NCBI GenBank assembly: GCA_964016885.1
Contig: OZ024740.1
Span: 208,010,001 to 208,074,000 of the forward strand
DNA: 64,000 nt
Direction of reading: 5' to 3'
DNA from: Eledone cirrhosa
Lineage: Eukaryota
Part shown: positions 63,000 to 64,000 of the stretch, in pieces
How positions within the stretch are numbered: the first letter of the stretch is position 1
Layout of the letters: each line of letters opens with the position of its first letter
Position numbers and translations under genes: made by a program
Notes under the pieces: generated by a model
Database searches by the model: none
What the model saw: only the letters and a program-made list of their open reading frames with translations
What the model was told of the DNA's origin: nothing

Positions 63000-64000
63000 C
63001 CACAAGGACCGACATATAGGGGAAAATACAGTGGACAGGGACCGTGGGGATTTTACACAAAAATCGAGTAGAAAATAGGAAAACATAACAATAAACAAGA
63101 AAAATACAACAATGAAAACATGAAAACTCCCCATTAGGGGGTATAACCACCCAGGGTTGACTCAGGTACTCCACCAATCCTGAACCATCCGACGCTTCGG
63201 GGGCATCTGGGAAGGGTACCCCTCCTCTCCTCAAATTCACCAGCCTACAGGCGCATGATCAGTGTAGGCCCACTCACGCGGGCCATTCTCGCCACATTCA
63301 CCCACCTTTCAGAAAATATACTGGGGGTGGGAAGGCAACCTCCGGATACCGAAGGTCGACCCTATCGAATGCTTTCGATTGATCTAAATTGATCAGAGCC
63401 CCACCGAAGCCAGGTTTACGCCCTACCCTCTCTATGATCTATCGCATGAGGTGGAGCCTGTCATGTATGGACCTGGTCGAGATTGCGTAATTTGCACCTC
63501 CCCATCCAAATCCTCGACGATAAGCGCCAACCTCTTCGCTAAAACCTTGACCAAAATCTTAAACTCTGTGTTGAGCAGAGTTATGGGCTTGAAATTATCT
63601 AATGTGACCCTCTTTTTCTCGCCTTTCCTTATTAGCGTCACTACGCCCCGGCTAACAGAACAGAGAATACTCCCGTTCTGCTGCCAGTTGAAGTAGAGCG
63701 CTTCGAGGAGATCGGAGAACAAGTCTGGCATATTTACGTAAAGCTCGTAGGGCAGACCATCCAAACCGGGTGACTTGCGCCTCGTGCAGCCGACAAGGGC
63801 ATCTTGAATTTCGGCTGAAGTAATCGGCCATTCGCAGCGCCCCGTGTCGGCCGTTGAGAGCCTCGTCAAGCCATCGAGGTAAGGACTGAAGTCCGCTACC
63901 GTCTACCCGAACAACCGAGAAAAGTGGTGGCGAAAAGCCTCCCACATACACCTGGAATCGCTCAGCTCGTGACTGAGGCGTCCGTTAAAGACCGAATCGT
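63000..64000 (-). mobile_element. Internally deleted L1/Tx1-clade LINE (RT N-terminal part, probable 3' end)
   Basis: ORF 63432-63869: KSPGLDGLPYELY, GVVTLIRKG, NFKPITLLNTEFKILVKVLAKRL. Runs off the window end. Confidence 0.88.

Overview
Eukaryotic, gene-poor (intronic or intergenic) DNA dominated by (TA)n/(CA)n/(GA)n microsatellites. The repeat content (Nin/Deu-domain tRNA-SINEs, extreme dinucleotide load) is typical of a coleoid cephalopod such as Octopus; this is inference from repeats only. I found no host protein-coding exon, and almost all ORFs in the supplied track are microsatellite translations. The real coding remnants are all decayed transposons: CRE-like, R4/Dong-like, RTE and L1/Tx1 LINEs, a mariner, and five Penelope-like element (PLE) RT/GIY-YIG fragments. 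The main hidden signal is that many short unique-sequence islands inside (TA)n/(CA)n tracts carry type I hammerhead ribozyme (HHR) motifs. I read about 20 well-formed motifs plus several decayed ones by eye, from at least 10 sequence families. Many have palindromic stem III, some have the U3-A8 core variant, and one pair shows covariation. These islands repeatedly take fold-back (inverted duplication) or partial-tandem forms, including a 310-bp HHR-bearing tandem that resembles a retrozyme/circRNA template. All structure calls were made by eye without folding software or database searches.
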